Shown here: one piece after another, positions 1 through 8,685 of the stretch
Numbering within the stretch: the first letter of the stretch is position 1
Layout: each line of letters starts with the position of its first letter
Source: a virus
Virus record (IMG/VR): IMGVR_UViG_3300009093_000036
Location: 96,001 to 160,000 of that record
Strand: one strand, 5' to 3'
Length of the DNA stretch: 64,000 nt
Program-made: the position numbers and the translations under genes
The notes under the pieces: model-generated
Database searches by the model: none
The model's input: the letters and a program-made list of their open reading frames with translations, nothing else
What the model was told of the DNA's origin: nothing

Positions 1-2
1 AT

Positions 3-230
3 GAAGTTGACGCCATGAAGGAGAGATGCTCCGTGCCCCTTCATCAGGGGAAGGAACTGCTCATCCAACTGGAAGAGAGGATGCAAGCACCACGCCCCCT
101 GGACCACAGGGCTTGCCTTCAGATGCCGAAGCAGGTGCAGGCCCTGGTCGATGTGGCGGATGTAGGGGAGACCTGTACGCTTCGCCTTCTTGTACCTGAA
201 CACGGACTCGATGATGTCGTACTCGATCAT
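3..230 (-). CDS. HD-like phage protein, partial (runs off window start)
   Basis: Own translation from ATG 230 (overlaps stop of 227..550): MIEYDIIESVFRYKKAKRTGLPYIRHIDQGLHLL...AWCLHPLFQLDE; resembles the R-x-G-x-PY-x-x-H region of HD hydrolases but has HP instead of HD. Confidence 0.5.
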   Translation of the reverse strand, partial: MIEYDIIESVFRYKKAKRTGLPYIRHIDQGLHLLRHLKASPVVQGAWCLHPLFQLDEQFLPLMKGHGASLLHGVNF

Positions 231-550
231 GGGTAGCCTGCCCTCACGTTGAAGTCCTTCAACAACTCCTCCACCTTGCGACGCACCTCACGGAGCTCCT
301 TGCCAGGCCTCCCCTCGAACCACAGGTCATGAACTTGATTCCAGTACCGCTTGGAGGCGTAGAACCTGACCGCCGGCGATGAGGCGAGGATACCTCGTGC
401 CGCGTTCAACGCAGCTTCGAGTTGCTTCTCTTTCTCGGAGTTCTGCGCAGGATAGCTCGGGTTGTCGTAGAGCAACCCGACGTGGATGATCCTCGTGTTG
501 CGGCCCGTACCTTCGAGCTTGCCATCGCCATAGTAGGGCCAGGACTTCAT
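227..550 (-). CDS. hypothetical protein
   Basis: 107 aa ORF, coupled 4-nt overlaps with neighbours. Confidence 0.7.
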   Translation of the reverse strand: MKSWPYYGDGKLEGTGRNTRIIHVGLLYDNPSYPAQNSEKEKQLEAALNAARGILASSPAVRFYASKRYWNQVHDLWFEGRPGKELREVRRKVEELLKDFNVRAGYP

Positions 551-984
551 CTTGCGAGTTCCTCTCTTCGAGCGTACGCCAGCATGAGGTCCACCGCTGA
601 CTTGGCACGCTTCGACTCGATGAACTTGAGGGCGTACTTCTTCGTCTTCTCGAACGAAACGACAGGAACACCGAAGTGCTCTGCCTCTTCGATCGAGAGA
701 AGGAGCGCTCGGTCGAAGCTCAGTAGCTGGTGGATGGTACCGAGACGTTCACACATCAGGCGCTCTACAGCGCGTGCCTCCACCTCGTTCCACCATCGGT
801 CCAGGCCCGTGAAGCGCTCCTCGATGACGTCGTTCAGGTTCTCTCGCTGAAGCATGCCTCCACCCGGCAGATAGATCCCGCACGTGAGGGCGTGGTAGAG
901 CTCGTGAGCAGCGTCCTGATCGTTGCGAACCTGGTACCCGCTCCTCCGTATCGTCTCTGCGAACGAAGGGAAGAAGCTGGTCAC
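547..984 (-). CDS. hypothetical protein
   Basis: 145 aa ORF in a coupled operon. Confidence 0.7.
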   Translation of the reverse strand: MTSFFPSFAETIRRSGYQVRNDQDAAHELYHALTCGIYLPGGGMLQRENLNDVIEERFTGLDRWWNEVEARAVERLMCERLGTIHQLLSFDRALLLSIEEAEHFGVPVVSFEKTKKYALKFIESKRAKSAVDLMLAYARREELAR

Positions 985-1544
985 AGGTCTTCTGCAAGCG
1001 AGAGGAGCAACGCCTCGAACGACGGACTGGAGTTCCCGAAGGCGTCACCGGGGTACTCCGCCGACCATCTGCTGTTGGGGTTCCCGGTCTCGCTCTTGTG
1101 CAACGAGAGGTACTTCTTCTTGCTGTCGATCTTCTTCACCGCCTCCATCAGCAAGGACATCCGCTCCAGCTCCTTCACCTTCTTCTCGAAGAGGGCATCA
1201 TCCATCGAGTCGTCGCAGCGAAGACAGCCGATGCGTCCTGGGCCGGGACGTGTGAGTGGGGTCCGGCAGAGCCAGCAACACCCGAGGTCCTCTTCATCGG
1301 CGAGCTCCAGGAAGGCTTTCCCGAGCTTCTTCAGCTCCCCCTTGTTGAGAACGACGAAGCCGCACTCGGCGCGCAGCTCGAAACACTCCGGCTCCTCGGA
1401 GCTTTCCTTCAGCAAGATGTCGGGAGAGACCGGACCCTCTTCGACCTTGCGGTCCTCGAACTGTTCGAGGTTGATCATGACTTGCGTGATGGGTGCGTTT
1501 GCCCGCTGAACCCACACGTTCGAGAGACCTCTGTCAGTGCCCAT
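981..1544 (-). CDS. hypothetical protein with CxxC...CxxC zinc-ribbon-like motif
   Basis: CCWLC...CLRCD; operon packing. Confidence 0.6.
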   Translation of the reverse strand: MGTDRGLSNVWVQRANAPITQVMINLEQFEDRKVEEGPVSPDILLKESSEEPECFELRAECGFVVLNKGELKKLGKAFLELADEEDLGCCWLCRTPLTRPGPGRIGCLRCDDSMDDALFEKKVKELERMSLLMEAVKKIDSKKKYLSLHKSETGNPNSRWSAEYPGDAFGNSSPSFEALLLSLAEDL

Positions 1545-2313
1545 AGTTGAACCCCAAGTGGTACTGCCCGTCGGACAGCGTGACGATGAAATCGTGGCTG
1601 CCGCAGCAGCCGTGCTTCTTCTGTCTCATGTAGCGATGATGGTGCTGACGATCGCCCACCCTCGCCACCCTCATGTTGTCGACGCACGTAGCGCCCATGT
1701 CGCTGATCTCGTGCTCGAAGGCGCGTTCGATCTGGCCCAGCACGTGAGCATAGGTCCTGCGCCAATCGAGGCGGTTCTGCTCCTGGTGAACGGCGAACCT
1801 CTCCTCGCTGATCTTCTGCATCATCTCGTGCATCACGAAGCCGGGGACCTCCTTGCGCATCTCTGCGTAGTAGGCCTTGTAATCGAACCCGCGCTCGTGC
1901 TTGAGATGCCGCACCCACTGGCTCAGCACCTTCCCCGGCCGCAGTTCATGACGCGAGTGCATCACGTTGATGCGGAACGGGGTCCGGTGCTTGTAGTCGA
2001 GCTTCAGAAGGGTGCCGCGCTTCAGCCCCATGTTGTTCTCGATGACCTTGAAGTCAGCCTCCGGCATCCCCACCGACCTCGTCTGAAGCCAGATCCCCGA
2101 GGGCATCAGGATCCTCGCCATGCAGTTCTGGGGCTCGTGCGTCTTGACGTCAGCGAAGACGAGGATGTTCCTTGTATGCTCGTCCCAGAGCCACCGCATG
2201 GTGTGATGCGTACTGGGCGTCTGCCCGTAGTGCGCGATGTGCCACGACAAGTGGTCCCAGCGATCGATCCGTTCTTGCAGCTCTGCCGAGACGTAGGTGA
2301 CGACCGGCAGCAT
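1534..2313 (-). CDS. hypothetical protein
   Basis: 259 aa ORF with protein-like composition and operon packing. Confidence 0.65.
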   Translation of the reverse strand: MLPVVTYVSAELQERIDRWDHLSWHIAHYGQTPSTHHTMRWLWDEHTRNILVFADVKTHEPQNCMARILMPSGIWLQTRSVGMPEADFKVIENNMGLKRGTLLKLDYKHRTPFRINVMHSRHELRPGKVLSQWVRHLKHERGFDYKAYYAEMRKEVPGFVMHEMMQKISEERFAVHQEQNRLDWRRTYAHVLGQIERAFEHEISDMGATCVDNMRVARVGDRQHHHRYMRQKKHGCCGSHDFIVTLSDGQYHLGFNYGH

Positions 2314-2501
2314 CAGCCGAACTTCTTGATGAGTCTGGCGAGGGTCTTCACCATCTTCATGTCACCGACGCCGTGGTACTCGATGCGAGCACCCTTGCCC
2401 TTCGAGGAGGGGCGGGTGTCGAAGACGATCGCGATCAAGGGCTTCTTCTCCTTCTTCGCGCGCTCGACATCATCTTTGTGGAAGCGGAAGCGGTTCTTCA
2501 T
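2313..2501 (-). CDS. small basic hypothetical protein
   Basis: Start MKNRFRF at 2501 overlaps the upstream stop; GGAG RBS. Confidence 0.55.
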   Translation of the reverse strand: MKNRFRFHKDDVERAKKEKKPLIAIVFDTRPSSKGKGARIEYHGVGDMKMVKTLARLIKKFG

Positions 2502-2662
2502 TTCTCCAGGCCTTCCATGCGAAACCGCAAGTCTTCGAGTTCGCTGATGATCGCTTCGAGCTCGTCTCCGGGTAAGCACGTCGTGCCACCGCCCTGGAGT
2601 TGAGCCTCCTTCTTCAGCACGGCGAGGCGGACCTTGGAGAGCTTCTTCACTGGAAGGGGCAT
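2498..2662 (-). CDS. small hypothetical protein
   Basis: Start MPLPVKK at 2662 with AAGGAG RBS. Confidence 0.55.
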   Translation of the reverse strand: MPLPVKKLSKVRLAVLKKEAQLQGGGTTCLPGDELEAIISELEDLRFRMEGLEK

Positions 2663-2684
2663 CTCCTTGGTCTCGTCATCCTCT

Positions 2685-2789
2685 CTAGCCACGGCGACCA
2701 CCCCCAATGCTGAGCATCGAGGAAAGCCCTGGAGCACGACCATCCGCTTCCATGTCGACGCTGAAGTACATCTCTCTGATCATGTTCAT
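2685..2789 (-). pseudogene. remnant of a DEDD 3'-5' exonuclease gene (ExoI motif only)
   Basis: MNMIREMYFSVDMEADGRAPGLSSMLSIG then a frame change at the G5 run (2701-2705); GGAG RBS. Confidence 0.45.
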
Positions 2790-2820
2790 CTCCAGGGCGA
2801 AACGACGCCCTTCTAGTTGA

Positions 2821-2829
2821 TGATAGGGG
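2821..2829 (-). promoter_or_regulatory. recurrent CCCCTATCA promoter-like motif
   Basis: Same motif precedes about 10 gene starts in the window. Confidence 0.55.
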
Positions 2830-2837
2830 TTTCTGCC

Positions 2838-3050
2838 CTATGCGGGCTCCCCGGCCTCCAACCACTCCACGTACTTGGCGATGAGGGCGTTCATCGCCTC
2901 CGGGGAGTCCCCGAGCTGCTCGCCACCCTTGAGGCCCAGGTTGCCATCCACGTTCTTGTTCGCCCACTCCGTCCCCATGAACTTCATGAAGCGGTGCAGG
3001 TGCGTCTTGACGTCGCTGTCGAGCTCAACCTTGATCAGTCCCATGACCAT
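2838..3050 (-). CDS. hypothetical protein
   Basis: 70 aa ORF, AGGAGG RBS. Confidence 0.6.
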   Translation of the reverse strand: MVMGLIKVELDSDVKTHLHRFMKFMGTEWANKNVDGNLGLKGGEQLGDSPEAMNALIAKYVEWLEAGEPA

Positions 3051-3074
3051 CCTCCTTCTTCGCGATTCTCGGCA

Positions 3075-3821
3075 TCAGACACCCTCTTCCACGACAGCGA
3101 GGTACTTCTCGATGTAGTTGCGGTCCGCCGAGAAGATCGGCGGGTTGTTGTCGACCACCCAGCGCGAACGCTGAGCCAGCCCGACCTCGTACGTCTCCTT
3201 GATGATGCAGCGACCCCGCTTCAGATGCGTGGGGAGGTCGTTCCAGTTCTCACCGGCTTGGTGAATCATCTCCTGGAGCTCGGAGTTGTTCTTCTTGTGG
3301 GTCTGCTTCTGCGAGTAGTGCTGCCTCGCCATCATCTGAACGGAGTTGCGCGTCCAGTCCTGCTGACGCCACAGGAAGTAGTTGACGACCTCGACCTCCG
3401 GCACCACCCACACACGGCTGTCGAAGTACGCGGGCTTGTAGATGCCCGGACCCCACAGCGTTGGGGACAGGAGCGTGAAGGTCGCGGCTGCGATGGAGGC
3501 CGACACGCTCACCATCTTCTGGATGGAGTTGTCGAACCACGCCTGCGTCCCGTACTTCTTGTAGGGATGCAGGAGCAACGAGATCTCGTCGCTCTGGACG
3601 AACGCGAACTGAACGGTCTGGAGCTCCTTGCAGAGCGTGATGGCGGTCTGGTTCATCGCCTCCAGGAGGTTGGGATCGAAGGAGGGCAGCCCACGCGTGT
3701 AACTGTGGAAGGCCTTGCCATCGATACGAACGAGGGTCGGCATCCGCGGCACCAGCGAGGAGCGGGGCTGACCCTCGTACATCTTCATGCGATCGCCGAG
3801 TGCGTCACCGGAAGACATCAT
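3075..3821 (-). CDS. thg1: tRNA(His) guanylyltransferase Thg1-like protein
   Basis: GDRMKxYE, VRIDGKAFH, QSDEISL, FDSRV, WRQQDWTRNS motifs. Confidence 0.93.
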   Translation of the reverse strand: MMSSGDALGDRMKMYEGQPRSSLVPRMPTLVRIDGKAFHSYTRGLPSFDPNLLEAMNQTAITLCKELQTVQFAFVQSDEISLLLHPYKKYGTQAWFDNSIQKMVSVSASIAAATFTLLSPTLWGPGIYKPAYFDSRVWVVPEVEVVNYFLWRQQDWTRNSVQMMARQHYSQKQTHKKNNSELQEMIHQAGENWNDLPTHLKRGRCIIKETYEVGLAQRSRWVVDNNPPIFSADRNYIEKYLAVVEEGV

Positions 3822-4112
3822 CTACTCCGTGAACTCGACCCGCGTGAGCAGGTAGTTGATGACGTCCTGCATCGTCTCCTGGGTCGTCTCGCCCGCAGAG
3901 AAGAGCTCGGCATCAGGGATGTCCATCTCGAACTGCTCCTCGAAGTCGAGGATGATCTCGATCAAGGCAAGGTCGTCTGCCCCGAGGTCATCGACGATCT
4001 TCGATGCGGCCGTGACCTTCTCGCGCTCGACATCGAGCTGACGGCAGACGACCTCGTAAATCTTCTCGATGTACGCGGCCTGAGTGCCACCCATCTTCTT
4101 CGTGTTCACCAT
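3822..4112 (-). CDS. acyl carrier protein homologue lacking the phosphopantetheine Ser
   Basis: KIVDDLGADDLALIEIILDFEEQFEMDIPD aligns with AcpP DLGADSLDxVE...EEEFxxEIPD; Ser position is GAC (3972-3974). Confidence 0.85.
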   Translation of the reverse strand: MVNTKKMGGTQAAYIEKIYEVVCRQLDVEREKVTAASKIVDDLGADDLALIEIILDFEEQFEMDIPDAELFSAGETTQETMQDVINYLLTRVEFTE

Positions 4113-4543
4113 GTTGGTCCATCCTTCCTGATCCAGCCCGTGGGCTCGAAGTCGAGGGTCTTGTTCGCCATGTACTGGCGGAAGTCTTCGAGGGTGAAGG
4201 GGTCATGCCCTCGCTCGTTGCAGAGGGTGCGAGCCGACCACCAGAAGATGCTTCGGTATGAGCCCTGTGGGTACTCCCACGAGAGCTCCATGCACTTGAT
4301 TGCCCAGCGAGAGCTGTTGCGGTCGTGAAACAGCAACATGAAGACCAGCGTCCACTCGCAAGCGATTTTCACTTCCTCTTCGCTGTACTCGCGCTCGTCG
4401 ATGACCTTCCGACTGCCTCCTGTGGCCATCATGCCGCTCGGCCCCGTGAAGCAGATGGTCTGCCCCTCCTCACGTTCGAGCGGCTTGAGTGTCCAGGTGT
4501 TGTTCTCACGCCTCTTCTTGGCGCCTAGCTTCGTCATCACCAC
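4106..4543 (-). CDS. hypothetical protein
   Basis: 145 aa ORF overlapping neighbours. Confidence 0.6.
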   Translation of the reverse strand: MVMTKLGAKKRRENNTWTLKPLEREEGQTICFTGPSGMMATGGSRKVIDEREYSEEEVKIACEWTLVFMLLFHDRNSSRWAIKCMELSWEYPQGSYRSIFWWSARTLCNERGHDPFTLEDFRQYMANKTLDFEPTGWIRKDGPTW

Positions 4544-5742
4544 CTCTTCGTCAGATGCGCAACCTTCAGCTTCGGGAACCGGGGCTTGCCATCGGGGGTG
4601 TAGTTCTGGAACTCGATGGTGGCCTCCTTGCCCTCATACTTCGAGGCGTGCTTCAGATACTCCCGGCACTCCTCGCGAGTTCCACAGATGTCGGCCTTGA
4701 AGGCATCCCTCTTGCCGTCGATGATGATCTCCATGTGAGCGATCTTCGCCATCCCCGAGGCGTTGCCGACACCCTCCTCGAAGGCGATGATCTTGAACTC
4801 GGCGTCCAGCTTCTCCTTGCGCTTCAGCAGGGCCTGGGTCCGCTTGTTCTCGTACGGGACGTTCCTCCGAACCATGCCACCTTCGTAGCCCTCTTCGAGG
4901 AAGACCTCATAGAAGCCATCGACCTCTTCGCGAAAGAACGCCGGGTACGTCACCACCCTCACGAACGCCTTCCTGCTGCGGGTGCCCGTCACCACGTTCT
5001 CCATCAGGATGAGCTGCTCGTAGCGCTTCATGAAGTTGGCCTGCCGATCCTCGATCAAGCAGTCGTACACCCAGTACTGCACCATCTCCGCTGAGAGCTT
5101 GAGGTCCTCGACAGTCGGCTTCTGCTTCTTGACGAGCGACACGATCTTGTTGAAGTCGTACTTCAGCTCGTGGTTGTAGAGCTCGCCGTCGAGGATGATG
5201 CTCGGCCTCGCCTTGAAGATGTGCTTGATGCTCTCGAAGACGTGCGGAACAGCGAGGATGGGGTTCCCCTCCCTCGACCACAGGCCATCTTTGTTCGCGA
5301 TGCAGCGGATGCCGTCCAGCTTCGGCTGCAAGTAGAGGGCGTCCCCGATCACTCTGCCGTCGGGGGTGAAGATCTTGGCCATCCTCTTCGCGTACGAAGC
5401 ATCCGGCTCCTTGGCCTTCTGGTTGTAGTGCTCGGCCAGCATGCACTGGAAGCGCTCCGACTCCTTCGCCTCGGTCGGCGTGGCGCGATAGCCCTTCTTC
5501 ACCTTCAGCTCGTACTCGGAGTCGATCTCCGCGGAAGCTTGCTGCTCGCCGGTGGTGGCGTTCGAGCGCCCCACGTTCTTCGGCTGAGCGATCGTCCATT
5601 CAGACGTCGTGATCTTCCCTTCGATCTGACCGCTATGGGAGCGATACTTCGCCCCATCCTGCTCCATCCACCACTTCTGGATTGCTCCAGTGCTGGTCTC
5701 TTTGTAGAGCGGTGCCCGGGTATACTTCATCTTGTTCTCCAC
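4537..5742 (-). CDS. lig: ATP-dependent DNA ligase (N-terminal WGR-like extension)
   Basis: QPKLDGIRC (motif I), LDGELY, EGGMVR, LLKRK, C-terminal OB fold; start may be ATG 5730. Confidence 0.92.
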   Translation of the reverse strand: MENKMKYTRAPLYKETSTGAIQKWWMEQDGAKYRSHSGQIEGKITTSEWTIAQPKNVGRSNATTGEQQASAEIDSEYELKVKKGYRATPTEAKESERFQCMLAEHYNQKAKEPDASYAKRMAKIFTPDGRVIGDALYLQPKLDGIRCIANKDGLWSREGNPILAVPHVFESIKHIFKARPSIILDGELYNHELKYDFNKIVSLVKKQKPTVEDLKLSAEMVQYWVYDCLIEDRQANFMKRYEQLILMENVVTGTRSRKAFVRVVTYPAFFREEVDGFYEVFLEEGYEGGMVRRNVPYENKRTQALLKRKEKLDAEFKIIAFEEGVGNASGMAKIAHMEIIIDGKRDAFKADICGTREECREYLKHASKYEGKEATIEFQNYTPDGKPRFPKLKVAHLTKRW

Positions 5743-5766
5743 TGGAAGTTCATGTCTTCATCCTAC

Positions 5767-5775
5767 TGATAGGGG
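5767..5775 (-). promoter_or_regulatory. CCCCTATCA promoter-like motif
   Basis: Directly downstream of terminator 5785-5800, upstream of the ligase. Confidence 0.55.
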
Positions 5776-5784
5776 CAAAGAGAA

Positions 5785-5800
5785 GGGTGGTTGCCCACCC
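5785..5800 (-). terminator. intrinsic terminator
   Basis: GGGTGG-N4-CCACCC hairpin followed by TTCTCTTT on the minus strand. Confidence 0.6.
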
Positions 5801-5806
5801 CTCCCC

Positions 5807-6043
5807 TCACTTCCTGTACATCTTCCGTGTCTGCTCGGCGCGGTCTTGAGCTTCGTGCTCCGCGCACTCGCAGACCCACCCCGTCTCGATGTCTCGAACC
5901 GGATGCCAGGTTCTTGCTGGGCATCGACGGTGGTGTGAGGACGCCTCCAGACGCCGCTTCAGCCGCAACCAGTGGGTCTTGATGATCACCCATCCCGCCC
6001 CGAGGAAGGGGAGGCTGTAGACGAACATCAAGACCTCATCCAT
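5807..6043 (-). CDS. small membrane protein
   Basis: MDEVLMFVYSLPFLGAGWVII hydrophobic N-terminus; in the same frame as the large upstream ORF. Confidence 0.5.
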   Translation of the reverse strand: MDEVLMFVYSLPFLGAGWVIIKTHWLRLKRRLEASSHHRRCPARTWHPVRDIETGWVCECAEHEAQDRAEQTRKMYRK

Positions 6044-6059
6044 CAGATGTGCGGCATGC

Positions 6060-6473
6060 TCAGTCGTCGAGCGCTTCGAGCTCGGCGAGGAGCTGCTTCT
6101 CCGACATTTTCGTGAGCTTGACCTCCTGCTTGTCGGCGAGGGCCGCGATGATCTTCTCCCGCTTGGCCTTGGTCTCCGCGCGCTTCTTCGCCTCGGCCTG
6201 CTCGTTGAGCTTGACCTCGATGATGCGCTTGATGACGTTGAGCTTCGCCTCGATGGCTCCATGGGACGGGCTCCGCTCCGTCGCCACGAAGCTCTCCTCG
6301 GTCGCCGCCTTGAGGTCCTTGTTGACGGTCTTCGCGATGGCGTCGAGGTTGAGGCCATCGGACGAGAGCAGCGGGAGCTCCCAAAGCTGCTCGACGGTGA
6401 GCTCGCCACGCGGGGACGTGAAGCGGAACTTCTTGCGGGTGGCGGACTCGAAGAGGCTGATGTTTTCGGACAT
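6060..6473 (-). CDS. conserved phage coiled-coil protein (partner of the upstream ~700 aa protein)
   Basis: LFESATRKKFRFTSPRGELTVEQLWELPL, a family I recall following this large gene in other big phages. Confidence 0.8.
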   Translation of the reverse strand: MSENISLFESATRKKFRFTSPRGELTVEQLWELPLLSSDGLNLDAIAKTVNKDLKAATEESFVATERSPSHGAIEAKLNVIKRIIEVKLNEQAEAKKRAETKAKREKIIAALADKQEVKLTKMSEKQLLAELEALDD

Positions 6474-6505
6474 GTTCTTGTTCTCTTTCTTGTTGTGGTT
6501 GTGGA

Positions 6506-8611
6506 ACAGACACCGATGTAGATGTTGAAGATGCGCTGCTTCTTGCCCTGCTGGACGCGGACGAGGACTTCATCCGGCTTCGTGGAGGAGAAGCCCAGAC
6601 CGGCCAGGTGCCCTTCCGTGGGGCGGCACTTGGTCTTGTCCCCGATGACCTCGAACACCTTCCGGTGCTCTTCGAGACGCGAGTGGAGGAACTCGTTGTA
6701 GAACCCGCGCATGTCCTCGTCGCTCTTCGCCCCCTCCAAGACGAAGAACGTGTGCTTGTTCCCCACGGCGTTGTCGCCCCAGTAGTTCGGGCTGAGCATC
6801 ACCGTGTTGACCTTGACGTAGCGCTCCGTGGTGAGTCCCCACTTCTCCTGCGAGATGTTGGTCGAGGTGATGCCGGGATCTCCTGCCTCGACGCGCTCGA
6901 TGGCGCCGTTCTTCATGTGCAGCGTCGCCACGACGATGTCCTGCTGGTTCCGGACCTGCTTGTTGTACGAGTAGTGCGAGATCTTGCCCTCACACTCCGT
7001 CTCGATGACGAACCCAGGGTTGCTGGTCTCGCGCTGGGCGAAGTTGTTCACGATGATCTGGTACGGGCCGTCCGGCGGCTTGACGGACCACACCACGTTC
7101 TCGACAGCCTCACGCGTCGCACCGTGCCCGGCGTTCATGTCGACGTCGAGGGTGCCTCCGGTCCAGCCGACCTTGTTGCGGAAGTGGATGTGCTGTCCCG
7201 GCAGACCGAGAGATCCACGAGCTCGTCCGGAGCCCTTGGGCTCGTGAACATGAAGATCGAGATCGTCGTAGTTGAACCACGACAGCGAGATGCGGAGGAC
7301 ACCGTTGATCTTGCCGCCCGCCTTCTTCACGCGCTCCTTGATGGAGTCCGCGACGTTGCCGCCGTAGGACCACGCGAAGTCGTTGTTCCACTTGAAGAGC
7401 TGCTTCGGCTCCGGATGCACCGGCGCCGTCAGAGCCATCAGGTTCCCGAGATGCTTCCCCGAGAAGAACATCTCCATGGCCTGCGCCTTGGGGACGATCT
7501 CCGTCATGAAGTCGTCGAGCGAGATGGCTTCGGCACGGTCCTCGTCCTTCGCCGAAGATCGAGTCGAGGCCGCAGCATGCTGCATGAGGACGTCACCGAT
7601 CCCGCCCTTCATGAGCGAGCGTGCAGCACCGTCGACCCACTTCACGTCGTTCACCGACACGTCGGCCATGACGGCGAACCGACGTTCGAGAGCCGGTTCG
7701 AGTCCCAAGGACTCGATGGTCTCCATCGCCTTCTTCACCATGCCGGGCGTGATGAGGGCGGTCGTCCGCTTGTAGTTCTGCGGAGCCACCTTCGACTCGA
7801 AGCTCTTCACCGCACGTTCGAGCTCCTGACCTTCGGAGAGGTCCTGGACGAGCGTACCGATGACGGTGTTGCGGAATCGGGCCGCAGGGCTGTTGGCGTT
7901 CGCCCACACGAAGAGGGAGCGCTCGGTGTTGAAAGGCCACGTCGCCTTCTTCCCGAGGTACTCGCCCTGCATCTTCTTGAACTCGATGACGGCACGCTTG
8001 TGCTCGTCACCGCGGTACAAGCTCTTCGCCTCGATCAAGGACAAGACGGTATCGACCGCATCGGGAGTCAGCTCGACAAGCCCACGCTCGAAGACCTGGA
8101 CCGTCGTGCGGTAGTTGCCACGATCAGCGTCCGGGGTCGCCGAGCGAAGGCCACGCGGAATCTCCCCGGTGTGGAAGTGGTTCCAGACCAGAACCTTCTC
8201 CGTTGCCTTGTCGAGCTGACGCGTCTGCATCGCACCGAACTGCGTCTCGCTCTTTCCGACACGGAAGAGGTCGCGGATGCCCACGCCGCGCAGAGCCTTC
8301 TGAAGTGCTGCTGCGACGATGCCATACGGCTCCGCCGACGCCTGCTCGACAGCCTTGTCCCAGACGGTGGTCACCCTCCCGTCCGAGATGATGACCGCGC
8401 ATCCTGCGCGGCGGATGAACTGCTTGCAGCACGAGCAGTCGTGCTCGGTGCGCGTCTTGAAGATGGGATCGGTGCCCGGAGGGAAGGAGGCCAGGTACAG
8501 CGCCCAGAGGGCGTCACCGTCCATGTCGGCGACGAAGATGTTGGTGTTGTCCTTCACCATCTTCTGGAAGGACTCGGCGACCGTGCGATAGAAAGAGAGA
8601 AAGAGGGTCAT
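6506..8611 (-). CDS. large conserved phage protein (~700 aa; HDCSCC motif, YfaP/DUF2135-like beta domain); stop codon apparently missing
   Basis: Start MTLFLSF at 8611 with AAAGGAAA RBS; TEHDCSCCKQF, LRISLSWFNYDDLDLHVHEP, GTLDVDMNA, AVENVVW; frame stays open to 5807 through low-complexity sequence. Confidence 0.75.
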
Positions 8612-8636
8612 GTTGATTTCCTTTTCATGTTGAGGC

Positions 8637-8676
8637 GTGCGGCAGTCCGATACCCGAAGGCACCGAACTGCCGCAC
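8637..8676. other. 18-bp intergenic hairpin with UUCG loop (minus-strand reading)
   Basis: GTGCGGCAGTTCGGTGCC-TTCG-GGTATCGGACTGCCGCAC, no U tail. Confidence 0.6.
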
Positions 8677-8685
8677 ACATCGATG

